Source of the DNA: an uncultured Bacteroidales bacterium
Lineage (GTDB): Bacteria; Bacteroidota; Bacteroidia; Bacteroidales; FEN-979
Length of the DNA stretch: 64,000 bases
Assembly (NCBI GenBank): GCA_903903985.1
Contig: CAIVAT010000006.1
Span: forward strand, 18,635 to 82,634
Reading direction: 5' to 3'
A program made the translations under genes and the position numbers. Below are positions 1 to 10,338 of this stretch, one piece after another; the stretch's first letter is position 1; every line of letters starts with the position of its first letter. A model generated the notes under the pieces. It was not told where the DNA came from. It saw only the letters and a list, made by a program, of their open reading frames with translations, and did no database searches.

Positions 1-1
1 T

Positions 2-646
2 GCTGCCTATCCCCTGGTGAATACAACCTATTTTGTTGAAGCATCCGATGGCGTATTCCATGCCTATGATACAGTAAAAGTGACTGTTACCGAGGTTAAT
101 CCTTTGGTTGACATCCTGCCGCTCAACAACGTTACCATACCGGTCGGACAGGGTAACTGCTATAATGCTATACAAACTATCGCAGTTGCTGGCAGTGGGA
201 CAACATTCCTAGTTGAAAGTGGCGGCAGCGCTCAGTTTGTTGCCGGCCAGAATGTGAGATTCCTGCCTGGAACCAAAGGTAACCTGGGATCATACCTGCA
301 TGCTTATACCACCGCAACCGGACCATATTGCTGCAGTGTCGTGGCACCAGTTAAGGATGCCACCGTGGTTGAATCAGCTACGATATTGACAGATGGAAAC
401 AAACCATTTTACAAAGTCTATCCGAACCCGACTACAGGTACTTTCACTTTAGAACTTAACAACGTTGAGGAGTCTTCAATAATTTCCGTGGAGATCTACG
501 GGATCCTCGGTGAAAGAATACTGAATAAGGAAATGTCTGGTTTAAAACAACAGGTGTTTGACCTGTCAGGCAGACAGCATGGTGTTTACCTGATCCGTGT
601 GATCAATGGCGCTGAAATGGGAATAACAAAGATTATCAAGCAATAA
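2..646 (+). CDS. C-terminal part of a secreted protein ending in a T9SS (Por) C-terminal sorting domain; the 5' end lies outside the window
   Basis: The frame is open from the window edge; the track's M at 17 is a GTG inside an open frame. The last ~80 aa (YKVYPNPTTGTFTLEL...GVYLIRV...KIIKQ) fit the Bacteroidota T9SS CTD pattern. Confidence 0.8.
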   Translation, partial: AAYPLVNTTYFVEASDGVFHAYDTVKVTVTEVNPLVDILPLNNVTIPVGQGNCYNAIQTIAVAGSGTTFLVESGGSAQFVAGQNVRFLPGTKGNLGSYLHAYTTATGPYCCSVVAPVKDATVVESATILTDGNKPFYKVYPNPTTGTFTLELNNVEESSIISVEIYGILGERILNKEMSGLKQQVFDLSGRQHGVYLIRVINGAEMGITKIIKQ

Positions 647-745
647 GTGTTAATTGAATAAGTTGCTTTCTTTTTTAAACCCTCTTCAACCCAGCTATGC
701 TGTGAAAGGGTACCTTTGCAGGAAAAATATCAGAAACTGAAAATA

Positions 746-2509
746 ATGGAGGTCCAAAAGAAAATCACCCTTTCAGGATTGCGTAAACTCATCAAGCTGT
801 ATAGTTATATAAAGCCATACAAATTTGAATATGGCCTGGGTATGCTTTTCCTGCTTGGGTCGAGCGGGGCCAGCCTGATCTTCCCGAAATTATTGGGTGA
901 ATTGGTCGATCTGGGAAACCAGGGAAAGCTTGCCAATGAAATTAACCGTATTGCCTTGATTCTGATTGCAGTGCTTCTTGCTCAATCTGTTTTTTCCTAC
1001 TTTCGCATATACCTGTTCGTTCATGTGGCTGAGAAGACCTTGGCCGATCTGCGGCAAAGCACTTTTAACCATCTGATCCGCCTTCCGATGACTTTCTTTC
1101 AGCATCGAAGGGTCGGGGAACTCAACAGCAGGATATCCTCCGACATCACCTTGTTGCAGGATGCCCTGACAAGCACCCTTGCTGAATTCCTTCGACAACT
1201 GATCATCATCATCGGCGGAGTCAGCCTGCTGATGTTCACTTCTTTTAAACTGACTGTTTTCATGCTGGCCATCGTACCGGCAATCATGATCATGGTGGTT
1301 TTTTTCGGAAAGTATATCCGTAAATTAAGCAAACAGGCTCAAAGCCAGGTTGCCGATTCAAATACCATCGTGGAGGAGACCTTGCAGGGTATTCAAAGTG
1401 TGAAAGCATTTACTAACGAATTTTTTGAAATGGCCAGATATCGTGGTAAGACTATTGAGATTGCTCAAACAGGCATTAAAAATGGCAAACTGCGTGGGGC
1501 ATTTTCATCATTTACTATCCTTGGGCTCTTTGGCGCCATGGTTGCGGTAATTTGGAAAGGGTCGGCGTTGCTGGCTGCCGGGGAACTCGCTACCGGTGAA
1601 TTATTTTCATTCGTGATCTATTCGATGTTTATCGGTGGTACCATCGGAGGCATGGCGGATGTGTTCTCCCGGGTCCAGAAATTCATCGGTGCCACCGAAG
1701 ACCTGCTCGAGATTTTTAATGAACCTGAAGAGCAGATAGAAACAATTATCCAACTCTCCACAGATGAGATGCTGCATGGGGGAATTCGATTTAGCCACGT
1801 CTCTTTTCACTATCCGGGGCGCCAGGAGATGCAGGTACTTTCTGATGTGAGTATAAGCATTAAACCTGATACCCTCATTGCATTGGTTGGCCCGAGTGGT
1901 GCCGGAAAATCGACCTTTGTTTCCCTTTTATTGCGGCTTTACGACCCGGATTCAGGCCAGATTCTCTTCGATGAGCGGCAGAGCCGGCTGATGTCCCTTT
2001 CTGCCTTGCGCAGCCAGATGGCGGTTGTTCCCCAGGATATTTTTCTTTTTGGCGGCACCATTCGTGAGAATATTGCTTACGGAAAACCCGGGGCTACAAA
2101 CGATATGATTAAAAATGCTGCCATAAAAGCGAATGCGTGGGAATTTATTTCTTTGTTTCCCGATGGGTTGGATACATTTGTGGGTGAGCGTGGCACCCAA
2201 CTGTCTGGCGGACAACGTCAACGCATTGCCATTGCCCGTGCAGTGCTGAAGGATCCAAAGATCCTCATTCTCGATGAAGCCACATCCTCGCTCGATTCAG
2301 AATCAGAACGGCTGGTACAGGATGCACTGGAAAAGTTGATGAAAGGACGAACTTCCATCGTTATTGCCCACCGGCTTTCCACCATCCGCCAGGCAGACCA
2401 TATCCTTGTACTCAACAATGGACGTATCGTCGAACAGGGAACACATGAACAGCTGATCATGGTTGCCGACGGTTTGTACAGGAACCTGAGCGAACTGCAG
2501 TTTGCCTGA
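746..2509 (+). CDS. ABC exporter, fused permease/ATPase (MsbA-like type I exporter)
   Basis: N-terminal multi-TM domain, then Walker A GPSGAGKST, signature LSGGQRQR and Walker B ILILDEATS. I prefer the ATG at 746 (MEVQKK) to the TTG at 716. Confidence 0.9.
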   Translation: MEVQKKITLSGLRKLIKLYSYIKPYKFEYGLGMLFLLGSSGASLIFPKLLGELVDLGNQGKLANEINRIALILIAVLLAQSVFSYFRIYLFVHVAEKTLADLRQSTFNHLIRLPMTFFQHRRVGELNSRISSDITLLQDALTSTLAEFLRQLIIIIGGVSLLMFTSFKLTVFMLAIVPAIMIMVVFFGKYIRKLSKQAQSQVADSNTIVEETLQGIQSVKAFTNEFFEMARYRGKTIEIAQTGIKNGKLRGAFSSFTILGLFGAMVAVIWKGSALLAAGELATGELFSFVIYSMFIGGTIGGMADVFSRVQKFIGATEDLLEIFNEPEEQIETIIQLSTDEMLHGGIRFSHVSFHYPGRQEMQVLSDVSISIKPDTLIALVGPSGAGKSTFVSLLLRLYDPDSGQILFDERQSRLMSLSALRSQMAVVPQDIFLFGGTIRENIAYGKPGATNDMIKNAAIKANAWEFISLFPDGLDTFVGERGTQLSGGQRQRIAIARAVLKDPKILILDEATSSLDSESERLVQDALEKLMKGRTSIVIAHRLSTIRQADHILVLNNGRIVEQGTHEQLIMVADGLYRNLSELQFA

Positions 2510-2595
2510 CCTCTGCAAAACAGGTCCCTGGTAAAATCCGGTTTTTAACCTGAGCTAACCTTACAATTGCGATTTTCATCGATTTTCTATAAAAA

Positions 2596-2618
2596 ACAAC
2601 CAGGTCGGTTGTATTTTT
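2596..2618 (+). terminator. Weak candidate intrinsic terminator after the ABC exporter
   Basis: 6-bp stem acaacc/ggttgt with a 5-nt loop, followed by atttttac. Confidence 0.3.
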
Positions 2619-2708
2619 ACATTTCCAAATAACGTCATGTTTCTGTTCAGGAGGAAGTTTGCAAGGAGATATCAGATCGAAAATTTATATTAAAAAACCT
2701 GCATTAAA

Positions 2709-3479
2709 ATGAGAGCAAACCTGCTTATGGAATGTTTGCTGATATCACTCACCCCATTGCTGCTTCTTTTCTCATCAACTGTGAAGGCTCAGGAAGTAAA
2801 CCCTGAAATGGTTTTTGTTGAAGGTGGAAAATTCAAGATGGGTTCCAACGTCGGTGGAACAGATGAACATCCGGTACACTTGGTAGTGGTGAATGATTTT
2901 TATATTGGGAAATATGAAGTCACCCAGAGACAATGGAGGCTGATCATGGACCAGGATACCAACAAGTGCTACTTTGAAGGTTGCGACAGTTGCCCGGTTG
3001 AACGCGTGAGTTGGTTCAATGTGATGGAATTTATTGACCGGCTCAATCAGAAAACACAGATGAATTACCGCCTTCCAACGGAATCGGAATGGGAATACGC
3101 TGCAAGGGGAGGAATGCATTCCAAAGGATATAAATACAGTGGGAGCGATGTGGATATCACGGTAGGCTGGAAAGTTGGGACTTCCAATGCAAGGACCCAC
3201 CCGGTTGGCAGGAAAAATCCAAATGAATTGGGGATATTTGATATGACCGGCAATGTGTTTGAATGGTGTTCAGACTGGTATTCGTCAACGTGGTACGCGA
3301 TTTCACCACAAACGAACCCAACCGGCCCGGATGAGGGAAACTTTCGCGTAATCCGCGGTGGAAGCTGGTTTTATGACCATGCAGGTTTACGGGTAACAGA
3401 TCGTGAAAGCGCTAATCCATCCTTCAGATATGGATATGTCGGGTTCCGGTTATCCAGGTCGCCTTCAAAAATTCCATAA
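2709..3479 (+). CDS. Formylglycine-generating-enzyme (FGE/SUMF1) domain protein, secreted
   Basis: Signal peptide, then motifs YIGKYEVTQRQW, RVSWFN, RLPTESEWEYAARGG, GNVFEWCSDWY and RVIRGGSWF, all typical of the FGE-sulfatase domain. Confidence 0.85.
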   Translation: MRANLLMECLLISLTPLLLLFSSTVKAQEVNPEMVFVEGGKFKMGSNVGGTDEHPVHLVVVNDFYIGKYEVTQRQWRLIMDQDTNKCYFEGCDSCPVERVSWFNVMEFIDRLNQKTQMNYRLPTESEWEYAARGGMHSKGYKYSGSDVDITVGWKVGTSNARTHPVGRKNPNELGIFDMTGNVFEWCSDWYSSTWYAISPQTNPTGPDEGNFRVIRGGSWFYDHAGLRVTDRESANPSFRYGYVGFRLSRSPSKIP

Positions 3480-3909
3480 CCATATTTGTACCCGGTTTTG
3501 CTGCACTACAGCAATGAATTTCAATGACGAAGATCATCCAGGTCAGATAAAATCAAGTGACTTTATTACCATGATTTTATTTTGTCCCCTTATCTTAAAA
3601 TGACTTTTTATTGCCATGGTCCATAGCGCATTAAAACAACTCCACCTGCTTTTTCCTTCCTGCGATGGTTGTGTCCCCGGCGGAATAACGCTCATGATAT
3701 TAAAGTAATATCATTTGAGGCTGCAAGAGGATCTCCCCGGGTTTCTTTCCGATATCGCCTTCGCCAACCATTGCTAAATTCCCACCGGTTATCAGGTAAT
3801 ATATACCGACTGCCAATTCTCCCTTTTCTTCCCCTTTCTCACGACTTATATTTGTTTCATTACAAAACGTGAACCGTAAGTAAAGATATCGTAAATCAAA
3901 TCCCTGATC

Positions 3910-6900
3910 ATGAAAACAATTACTTTTCTTTCAGCAATCCTGCTTATTGCAGATGTATTGTTTGCCCAGATTATCCATATCCCGGCCGATTACGCCACCA
4001 TCCAACAGGGTATCAATGCTGCAAACTCCGGTGATACGGTATTGGTAAGTCCTGGAACTTATCAGGAAAATATCAATTTCAACGGAAAAATGATCACGGT
4101 GGCTTCCCTGTTCCTTACCTCGCAGGATCCTTATTATATATTACATACCTTGATTGACGGGCAACAACAGGGAATCGTGGTGACCTTTGGAAATGCAGAG
4201 GATTCTACATCCATATTGTCGGGGTTCACGATTACAAATGGTGGAAATGTAAATTATTTGATGATGGGGGGAGGCATTCATTGCTATACTGCGAGCCCAA
4301 AACTCACCAATTTAATCATCACGGGCAATTCGGTCAATTTTCAGGGTCCGTATAATAACTGGGGTGGAGGAATAAGTTGTACTTCTTATTCCAGTCCAAT
4401 ATTACTTAATGTTAAGATTACCGGCAATCATTCCAACTATGGCGGAGGATTAAAGTGTGATTATTACTCAAACCCGGTCCTCTCAAATGTATCGATCTCC
4501 GATAACAGTGCTTCTGCATCAGGGGGAGGAATATACTGTGATGAGACCTCGCGTCCTGTATTTGACAGTATCAACCTTTGTAATATATTTTTTAATTCGG
4601 CATCTGATGGTAATGATATTTATTCAAATGCTTTCCTTGATGTAATTGTGGATACCTTCTCCGTGCTCAACCCCACAGAATATTATGCCTCACCGTTTGC
4701 CAACTTTTCCTTCGATATCCGGCATGGAAATTTATTACCGGTAAATGCCGACCTGTTTGTTTCACCTTCAGGAAACAATAGTAACAGTGGTCTAACCGCA
4801 TCAGATCCGTTGAAGACCATTCATCATGCCATAGCGATCATGTCTGCCGACAGTTTACATCCACATACCATCCATATGCTGGAAGGGAAGTATAGTCCAA
4901 CCACCAACAACGAAATCTTCCCCATTCTTCTTCCCGCTTTCATGAGCCTTGCCGGGGTGTCTGATACCTCCGTCATCCTTGATGCGGAAAATTCTTCAAG
5001 GGTCCTCAAAGTTGTTAACAACACATCTTCACATATTTCGGGGATGACCATCACCCGGGGATCAATTTCCGGCGAAAACGGAGGTGGGGTTTTTTGCAGC
5101 AATTCAAACCCTGTTTTTGAGCATGTGATCATAACAGGCAATTCCGCTCAAAGAACTTTTACCGGATGGTGGGGTGTGGAATTTTGGTATGGCGGGTTTG
5201 GTGGGGGAATTTACTTTGAGAATTCCAGTCCCAAACTGCAGCATGTTCAAATTACCCATAATACCGCCAGTTATGGCGGTGGGATTGCATATTCCGGAAG
5301 CATTCCAACCCTGGAAGATATTGAGATTGCTGACAATTTTGCTCAAATTGCTTATGGTTGGTGGTATGGAAGCGATGGCGGGTTCGGTGGTGGTATGTAC
5401 TTCACTAACTCCAGCCCTAAGCTGCATCGCATCAAAGTGACTCAAAATACAGCTAATTCCGGAGGTGGAATCTCATATTCAGGGAGCAATCCGAATCTGG
5501 GAGAAGTTACGGTAACTTACAATAAAGCTGCATCACGAGGTGGCGGGATTCTTTTTGGCGGGTCTGGCGGGGTTTTCGACAGTATTAACCGTTGCAATAT
5601 CTATTTCAATATAGCACCCGAAGGCCGTGACCTGTATTCGGATTCGTACGTTAAAGTGGTTGCCGACACATTCACCGTGCAGCATCCAACAGCCTATTAT
5701 GCCGAACCGTTCAATAATTTCTCTTTTAATGTCCTGCATGGAAAGATTCCGCAGGTAGATGCCGACCTTTTTGTCTCAGCTTATGGGGATAATGCCAACA
5801 GTGGACTTTCAGACACTGTTCCGCTAAGAAATATCAGCTATGCATTCCCCTTCCTCCGTGCCGACAGTTTGCATCACCATACCATTCATATGCTTGTAGG
5901 ATGGTATAATTACTGGAGTACGAGCGAAACTTATCCGATCATGATTCCTGATTACATTGACCTTGCCGGAATAAATACCAGAAATGTACTGGTTTACGGT
6001 AACGATACATCGGAAATCTTTCTTTTCAGGAACAACACATCATCCCATCTTTCAGGTATGACAATCGGGGGAGGAAAAAATAGCGGCGTCGTATGCCTCC
6101 ATTCAAGTCCCATCCTGGAAAATTTATATATTTCGTACAATTCAGGTAACAAGGGCGGAGGCGTGAATTGTGATCAATCAAGTCCGACCCTGCGAAATGT
6201 AACAATTACAAACAATTCGGCTATTGATTTTGATTGGTCACTGGGGAATGGTGGCGGAATTTATTGCGGCGCCAATTCAAACCCTGTCCTGGAAAATTCA
6301 ACGATCAGTTACAACCAGGCTTCTTCCGGGGGAGGAATTTACTGCGGGATCAATTCCAGTCCCATTCTGAAAAATACTGTTTTATCTCACAATTCAGCTG
6401 TTGCATCTGGTGGTGGTGCCTGCATTGACAATTTTTCCGGTGCATTATTTGACAGTGTAAAGGTTTTTGGAAATTCAGCTTTCTATGGAGGTGGGGTTGG
6501 CTGTTTGCCGAATGCAATGCCAACTTTGAAAAATGTGTTCATTACGAGCAACACTGCTGAATATGGTGGTGGAATGAGTTGTACCAACAGTAATTCCGGG
6601 TTATTGACAAATGATTTCATTTCCGGAAATACTGCATCCCGGCAAGGTGGCGGGATCTTTTTTGATGGACAATTCTCGGTTTTTGACAGCATCAACCGCT
6701 GCAATATTTATTTTAATGAAGCACCGGAAGGTCGTGATTTATATTCAGCAACGAAAATCAAAGTGGTTGCAGATACCTTCTCTGTATTGCATCCAACTGC
6801 CTACTATGCAGAACCGATAGACAATTTCACTTTTAATATCCTCCACGGGAAAATTGCACAGGCTGATGCCGACCTGTATGTTTCCCCAGCCGGGAATAAT

Positions 6901-8439
6901 GCCAACAGCGGCATCACCGCCGGCAAGCCGCTGAAAACCATTCAGCATGCCAATGCAATTATGCGGGCCGACAGCAGCCATCATTACAGGATTCATCTTG
7001 CCGATGGCCGGTATAGTCCTTATACCAACAATGAACCTTTCCCGCTTAAGATCATTAATTACATCGACCTCCAGGGCACCGACGCCAATAACGTCATCCT
7101 CGATGCCGAAGGAAAAGCAAGGGTTGTTGTGTTTAATAACAATTCAACCTCGCACCTTTCTGGCATTACCATCACAGGGGGATCGGTTACCAATGAAAAT
7201 GGTGGTGGTATATTGTTTACCAATTCAAGTCCCACCCTCGAAAATATGACTATTACCGGTAATATTGCTGCGTCAGGTGGCGGAATTTTGTGCAATGTGA
7301 GTTCCAGTCCGAAATTTCAAAATGTCATCATTTCCGGTAATAATGCTTCTTTATCAGGCGGAGGAATTGAATGTCATTCCACCTCCAGCCCGACCTTTGA
7401 AAATGTTAGCATTACAGATAATTCAGCTCCACGTGGAGGCGGAATCGGTTGTTATGATGTTGCTGCACCTGTTTTTAAAAACGTGAACATAACGGGAAAT
7501 TCAGCCTTTGATGGTGGTGGTATCATCATTTCGGGTTCCGGAGATATTAGTTTCTGGCCCCTGGTTAAAATTGAAAACGGAACAATCTCTGGAAATTTTG
7601 CAACGAGGGGTGGCGGATTGTATTGCGAAAATTCAAAACTGACAGGCATCGATCTGGCAATCACCGACAACGAAGCTACGTGGGGTGGAGGCTTTTTCCT
7701 GAACAGTTCGAGGCCCACACTCAGAAACATGACCCTTGCCGGAAATAAGGCCGACAGTGCCGGAGGGGGCATTTATAGCCGCAGCGATAATAAATTTACA
7801 ATGTCAAAAATAGTGAACAGCGTTCTCTGGAATAATCTTCCCCAGGAAGTCTATTTCAGTCAAAGTTATAATATGAATGCAATGATAATTTCTTATTCCG
7901 ACCTCAAAGGAGGACAAGGAAGTATTATTACCTCAGGGATGGATACGGTCGTATGGCAGGAAGGAAACATCCCAGCTGATCCATTATTTGTCGGCGGTGG
8001 TGCCTATCCCTATTCATTCATGGCGGGCTCGCCTTGCCGCGATGCAGGCATGCCTGATACGACCGGGCTCCGACTTCCATTGACCGACCTTGCTGGCGGC
8101 CCCAGGATATGGAATGAGCGGGTCGATATGGGCGGGTATGAGTGGAATAACGTGGGTATTGGGGATTTACGTACTACGAATTACGATTTGCGAATTACCA
8201 GTTATCCAAATCCTTTTTCTGACCAAACAACATTCTCCTATGAGGTGCCTGAATCCTCAAGGGTAACCCTTCAGGTATTCAATAGCATCGGGCTTTTGGT
8301 AGCTGATCTGGTGAATACCACTCAACCCAAGGGAACATATAAAATTGAATGGAATGCTGGCGGACTGCAGGCAGGAGTATACTTTTACCGGGTTCAGGCC
8401 GGGAAACTGGCAGGGGGAGGGAAATTGGTGAAACTATAG
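3910..8439 (+). CDS. Giant secreted right-handed beta-helix repeat protein with a T9SS C-terminal sorting domain
   Basis: Signal peptide. Dozens of N/S-x-A-x-x-GGGI beta-helix turns. Three ~340-370 aa modules start at nt 4561, 5575 and 6682 (FDSIN[LR]CNI[FY]FN...DADL[FY]VS..G.N.NSG...ADS.H.H.IH). The tail YPNPFSDQTTFSY...GVYFYRV is a T9SS CTD. Confidence 0.9.
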   Translation: MKTITFLSAILLIADVLFAQIIHIPADYATIQQGINAANSGDTVLVSPGTYQENINFNGKMITVASLFLTSQDPYYILHTLIDGQQQGIVVTFGNAEDSTSILSGFTITNGGNVNYLMMGGGIHCYTASPKLTNLIITGNSVNFQGPYNNWGGGISCTSYSSPILLNVKITGNHSNYGGGLKCDYYSNPVLSNVSISDNSASASGGGIYCDETSRPVFDSINLCNIFFNSASDGNDIYSNAFLDVIVDTFSVLNPTEYYASPFANFSFDIRHGNLLPVNADLFVSPSGNNSNSGLTASDPLKTIHHAIAIMSADSLHPHTIHMLEGKYSPTTNNEIFPILLPAFMSLAGVSDTSVILDAENSSRVLKVVNNTSSHISGMTITRGSISGENGGGVFCSNSNPVFEHVIITGNSAQRTFTGWWGVEFWYGGFGGGIYFENSSPKLQHVQITHNTASYGGGIAYSGSIPTLEDIEIADNFAQIAYGWWYGSDGGFGGGMYFTNSSPKLHRIKVTQNTANSGGGISYSGSNPNLGEVTVTYNKAASRGGGILFGGSGGVFDSINRCNIYFNIAPEGRDLYSDSYVKVVADTFTVQHPTAYYAEPFNNFSFNVLHGKIPQVDADLFVSAYGDNANSGLSDTVPLRNISYAFPFLRADSLHHHTIHMLVGWYNYWSTSETYPIMIPDYIDLAGINTRNVLVYGNDTSEIFLFRNNTSSHLSGMTIGGGKNSGVVCLHSSPILENLYISYNSGNKGGGVNCDQSSPTLRNVTITNNSAIDFDWSLGNGGGIYCGANSNPVLENSTISYNQASSGGGIYCGINSSPILKNTVLSHNSAVASGGGACIDNFSGALFDSVKVFGNSAFYGGGVGCLPNAMPTLKNVFITSNTAEYGGGMSCTNSNSGLLTNDFISGNTASRQGGGIFFDGQFSVFDSINRCNIYFNEAPEGRDLYSATKIKVVADTFSVLHPTAYYAEPIDNFTFNILHGKIAQADADLYVSPAGNNANSGITAGKPLKTIQHANAIMRADSSHHYRIHLADGRYSPYTNNEPFPLKIINYIDLQGTDANNVILDAEGKARVVVFNNNSTSHLSGITITGGSVTNENGGGILFTNSSPTLENMTITGNIAASGGGILCNVSSSPKFQNVIISGNNASLSGGGIECHSTSSPTFENVSITDNSAPRGGGIGCYDVAAPVFKNVNITGNSAFDGGGIIISGSGDISFWPLVKIENGTISGNFATRGGGLYCENSKLTGIDLAITDNEATWGGGFFLNSSRPTLRNMTLAGNKADSAGGGIYSRSDNKFTMSKIVNSVLWNNLPQEVYFSQSYNMNAMIISYSDLKGGQGSIITSGMDTVVWQEGNIPADPLFVGGGAYPYSFMAGSPCRDAGMPDTTGLRLPLTDLAGGPRIWNERVDMGGYEWNNVGIGDLRTTNYDLRITSYPNPFSDQTTFSYEVPESSRVTLQVFNSIGLLVADLVNTTQPKGTYKIEWNAGGLQAGVYFYRVQAGKLAGGGKLVKL

Positions 8440-8973
8440 TGTGTAAATTCCAATTTCGTCACGGCATTTCGGGCAAAGATGCTGATCTTTCAGGTCTATG
8501 TCTTCCACATAGGTGCTTGAACGCATGACACAGGTTGGATGATGGCAATGGATCAGCCCAAGCGTATGTCCGAGTTCATGAATTACCTCCTTCCTGAAAC
8601 GATCCAATACAAAACGGCTGTCTTCAATCATTCCGTATCGTTCGTTGCTAAACCGGTAGAGTGAAGCAATTCCAGACCGGCCTCCTAAATAGGCCTGTCC
8701 GAAGATAAAAGTAAGGATGGGAATAAAAAGGTCGACGTTAAATAATCCAAGAGTTTTTGAATAATCAGGAACAACCATGGAATCGACCTGTCTCAGCAAT
8801 GAGTTCCCATCGTATTGCCTGCGTGCCGCATCATAAAAATCACTCAGATCGATATGCCCTTCCTTTAACAAAACCGGAGTGGAAAACTCCTGTTTCACCG
8901 CGTCTGCGGTCATTTCAAGAAGATCTTTCTCGAAGTATCCAAAGGAGATTAAGGCGATGTTTTGCAGATTCAT
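8434..8973 (-). CDS. amzA: Archaemetzincin-type zinc metallopeptidase (family M54)
   Basis: Signature HELGHTLGLIHCHHPTCVM...CPKC, i.e. HExxHxxGxxxCxxxxCxM followed by CxxC. Confidence 0.8.
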   Translation of the reverse strand: MNLQNIALISFGYFEKDLLEMTADAVKQEFSTPVLLKEGHIDLSDFYDAARRQYDGNSLLRQVDSMVVPDYSKTLGLFNVDLFIPILTFIFGQAYLGGRSGIASLYRFSNERYGMIEDSRFVLDRFRKEVIHELGHTLGLIHCHHPTCVMRSSTYVEDIDLKDQHLCPKCRDEIGIYTL

Positions 8974-8979
8974 CAGACA

Positions 8980-10326
8980 CTATTGTTGGTCTGCGGGTTT
9001 TAAATCATATTTTTTGATTTTATGATAAAGTGTCACCCGGTCGACTTTTAATGCCTTTGCTGTACGGGAAATATTCCAATTATATTTATGGAGGACCTGG
9101 AGTATAAAGGCTCTTTCGAAATCATCAAGGCTTTCAGTGGAGTTGGTCACAATCGTTTTTTCAAGGGGGAGGTCTTTCAACCCGATTTTCTTGCCATCTC
9201 CAACAACGATAGCCCGTTCAACCATGTTCTCAAGCTCACGGATATTCCCGGGAAAACTGAAATCCTGCAATCGTTTTAAAGCCGTTTGATCTATTGGGAT
9301 CGGAGGTTTGTTCATGGAGGTGCAATACTTTTTAATGAAATAATCGACAAGCAGGGGGATGTCAGTTTTACGTTCTCTCAATGGTGGAATATGAATGTTT
9401 ACTACGTTGAGCCTGTAAAAAAGATCTTCTCTGAAGGTTCCATTTTCCACCATCATTTTCAAATCCTTGTTTGTTGCACAGATTACCCTGAAGTCGGAGG
9501 TGATTTCCTTGTTTCCGCCAACCCGGATAAACGTTTTCGACTCAAGCACCCTCAGCAGTTCAACTTGCATTTTTGTAGAAATGGTGGCGATTTCATCCAG
9601 GAAGATCGACCCGCTGTCGGCCATTTCAAACCGCCCTTTGCGATTGTACATGGCTCCGGTGAAAGCTCCTTTTTCATGGCCGAATAACTCGCTTTCGAGC
9701 AGGCTTTCGGTCAATGCCCCGCAATGGACACTTACAAAGGGAAAAAATTTCCTGGGTGAATTGGCATGAATGGCCCTGGCGACGAGTTCTTTTCCGGTGC
9801 CACTCTCGCCGGTAATGATCACGGAGGAATTGGTTTGTGCGACACTCTCAATTTCCCCAAGCACAATTCTCATGGCTTCACTGTTCCCGATCAGGTCTTC
9901 CACATTCTCCAGTGCGACCACCTTGTTTTTTAAGGTTTCATTTTCTTCAGATAAAGAAATTTGTTTGGTAGCGTTCCGGATCAAATGTGTTAAATCATCC
10001 GGATCAAAGGGTTTTGTGACATAATCAAAGGCACCGTCCTTCAGCGCCTTAACAGCAGTATCAACCGTTGCAAATGCGGTCATGACAATGACAATGGAAT
10101 CTTTTTTCAACGCCTTTATCCTGCGGAGCATCTCAAGTCCATCCATTCCTGGCATTTTAATATCAGCAAGAATGATATCAAACTGGTCGGATTCAAGCAT
10201 GGTCAATGCTTTCTTTGCATTTTCGGCGCATTCAACACGATATCCGTCTTCAATAAACCAGTTGAAAAGCGAATCTCTTACAGATTCTTCATCGTCCACA
10301 ATCAGTATGGAAATTTTTTTCGCCAT
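8980..10326 (-). CDS. Sigma-54-dependent response regulator (NtrC family: receiver + AAA+ + Fis-type HTH)
   Basis: Receiver motifs LIVDDE...DIKMPGMDG; Walker A GESGTGKE; sigma-54 contact loop ESELFGHEKGAFTGA; C-terminal HTH NISRTAKALKVDRVTLYHKIKKY. Confidence 0.92.
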   Translation of the reverse strand: MAKKISILIVDDEESVRDSLFNWFIEDGYRVECAENAKKALTMLESDQFDIILADIKMPGMDGLEMLRRIKALKKDSIVIVMTAFATVDTAVKALKDGAFDYVTKPFDPDDLTHLIRNATKQISLSEENETLKNKVVALENVEDLIGNSEAMRIVLGEIESVAQTNSSVIITGESGTGKELVARAIHANSPRKFFPFVSVHCGALTESLLESELFGHEKGAFTGAMYNRKGRFEMADSGSIFLDEIATISTKMQVELLRVLESKTFIRVGGNKEITSDFRVICATNKDLKMMVENGTFREDLFYRLNVVNIHIPPLRERKTDIPLLVDYFIKKYCTSMNKPPIPIDQTALKRLQDFSFPGNIRELENMVERAIVVGDGKKIGLKDLPLEKTIVTNSTESLDDFERAFILQVLHKYNWNISRTAKALKVDRVTLYHKIKKYDLKPADQQ

Positions 10327-10338
10327 CAGGTTTTCTCC

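Noticed and set aside
3700-3870. Short minus-strand reading frame (…GELAVGIYYLITGGNLAMVGEGDIGKKPGEILL…) that vaguely resembles a cupin strand pair
   Set aside because: It is under 60 aa, has no start or context, and the resemblance is too weak to call even a pseudogene without a search.
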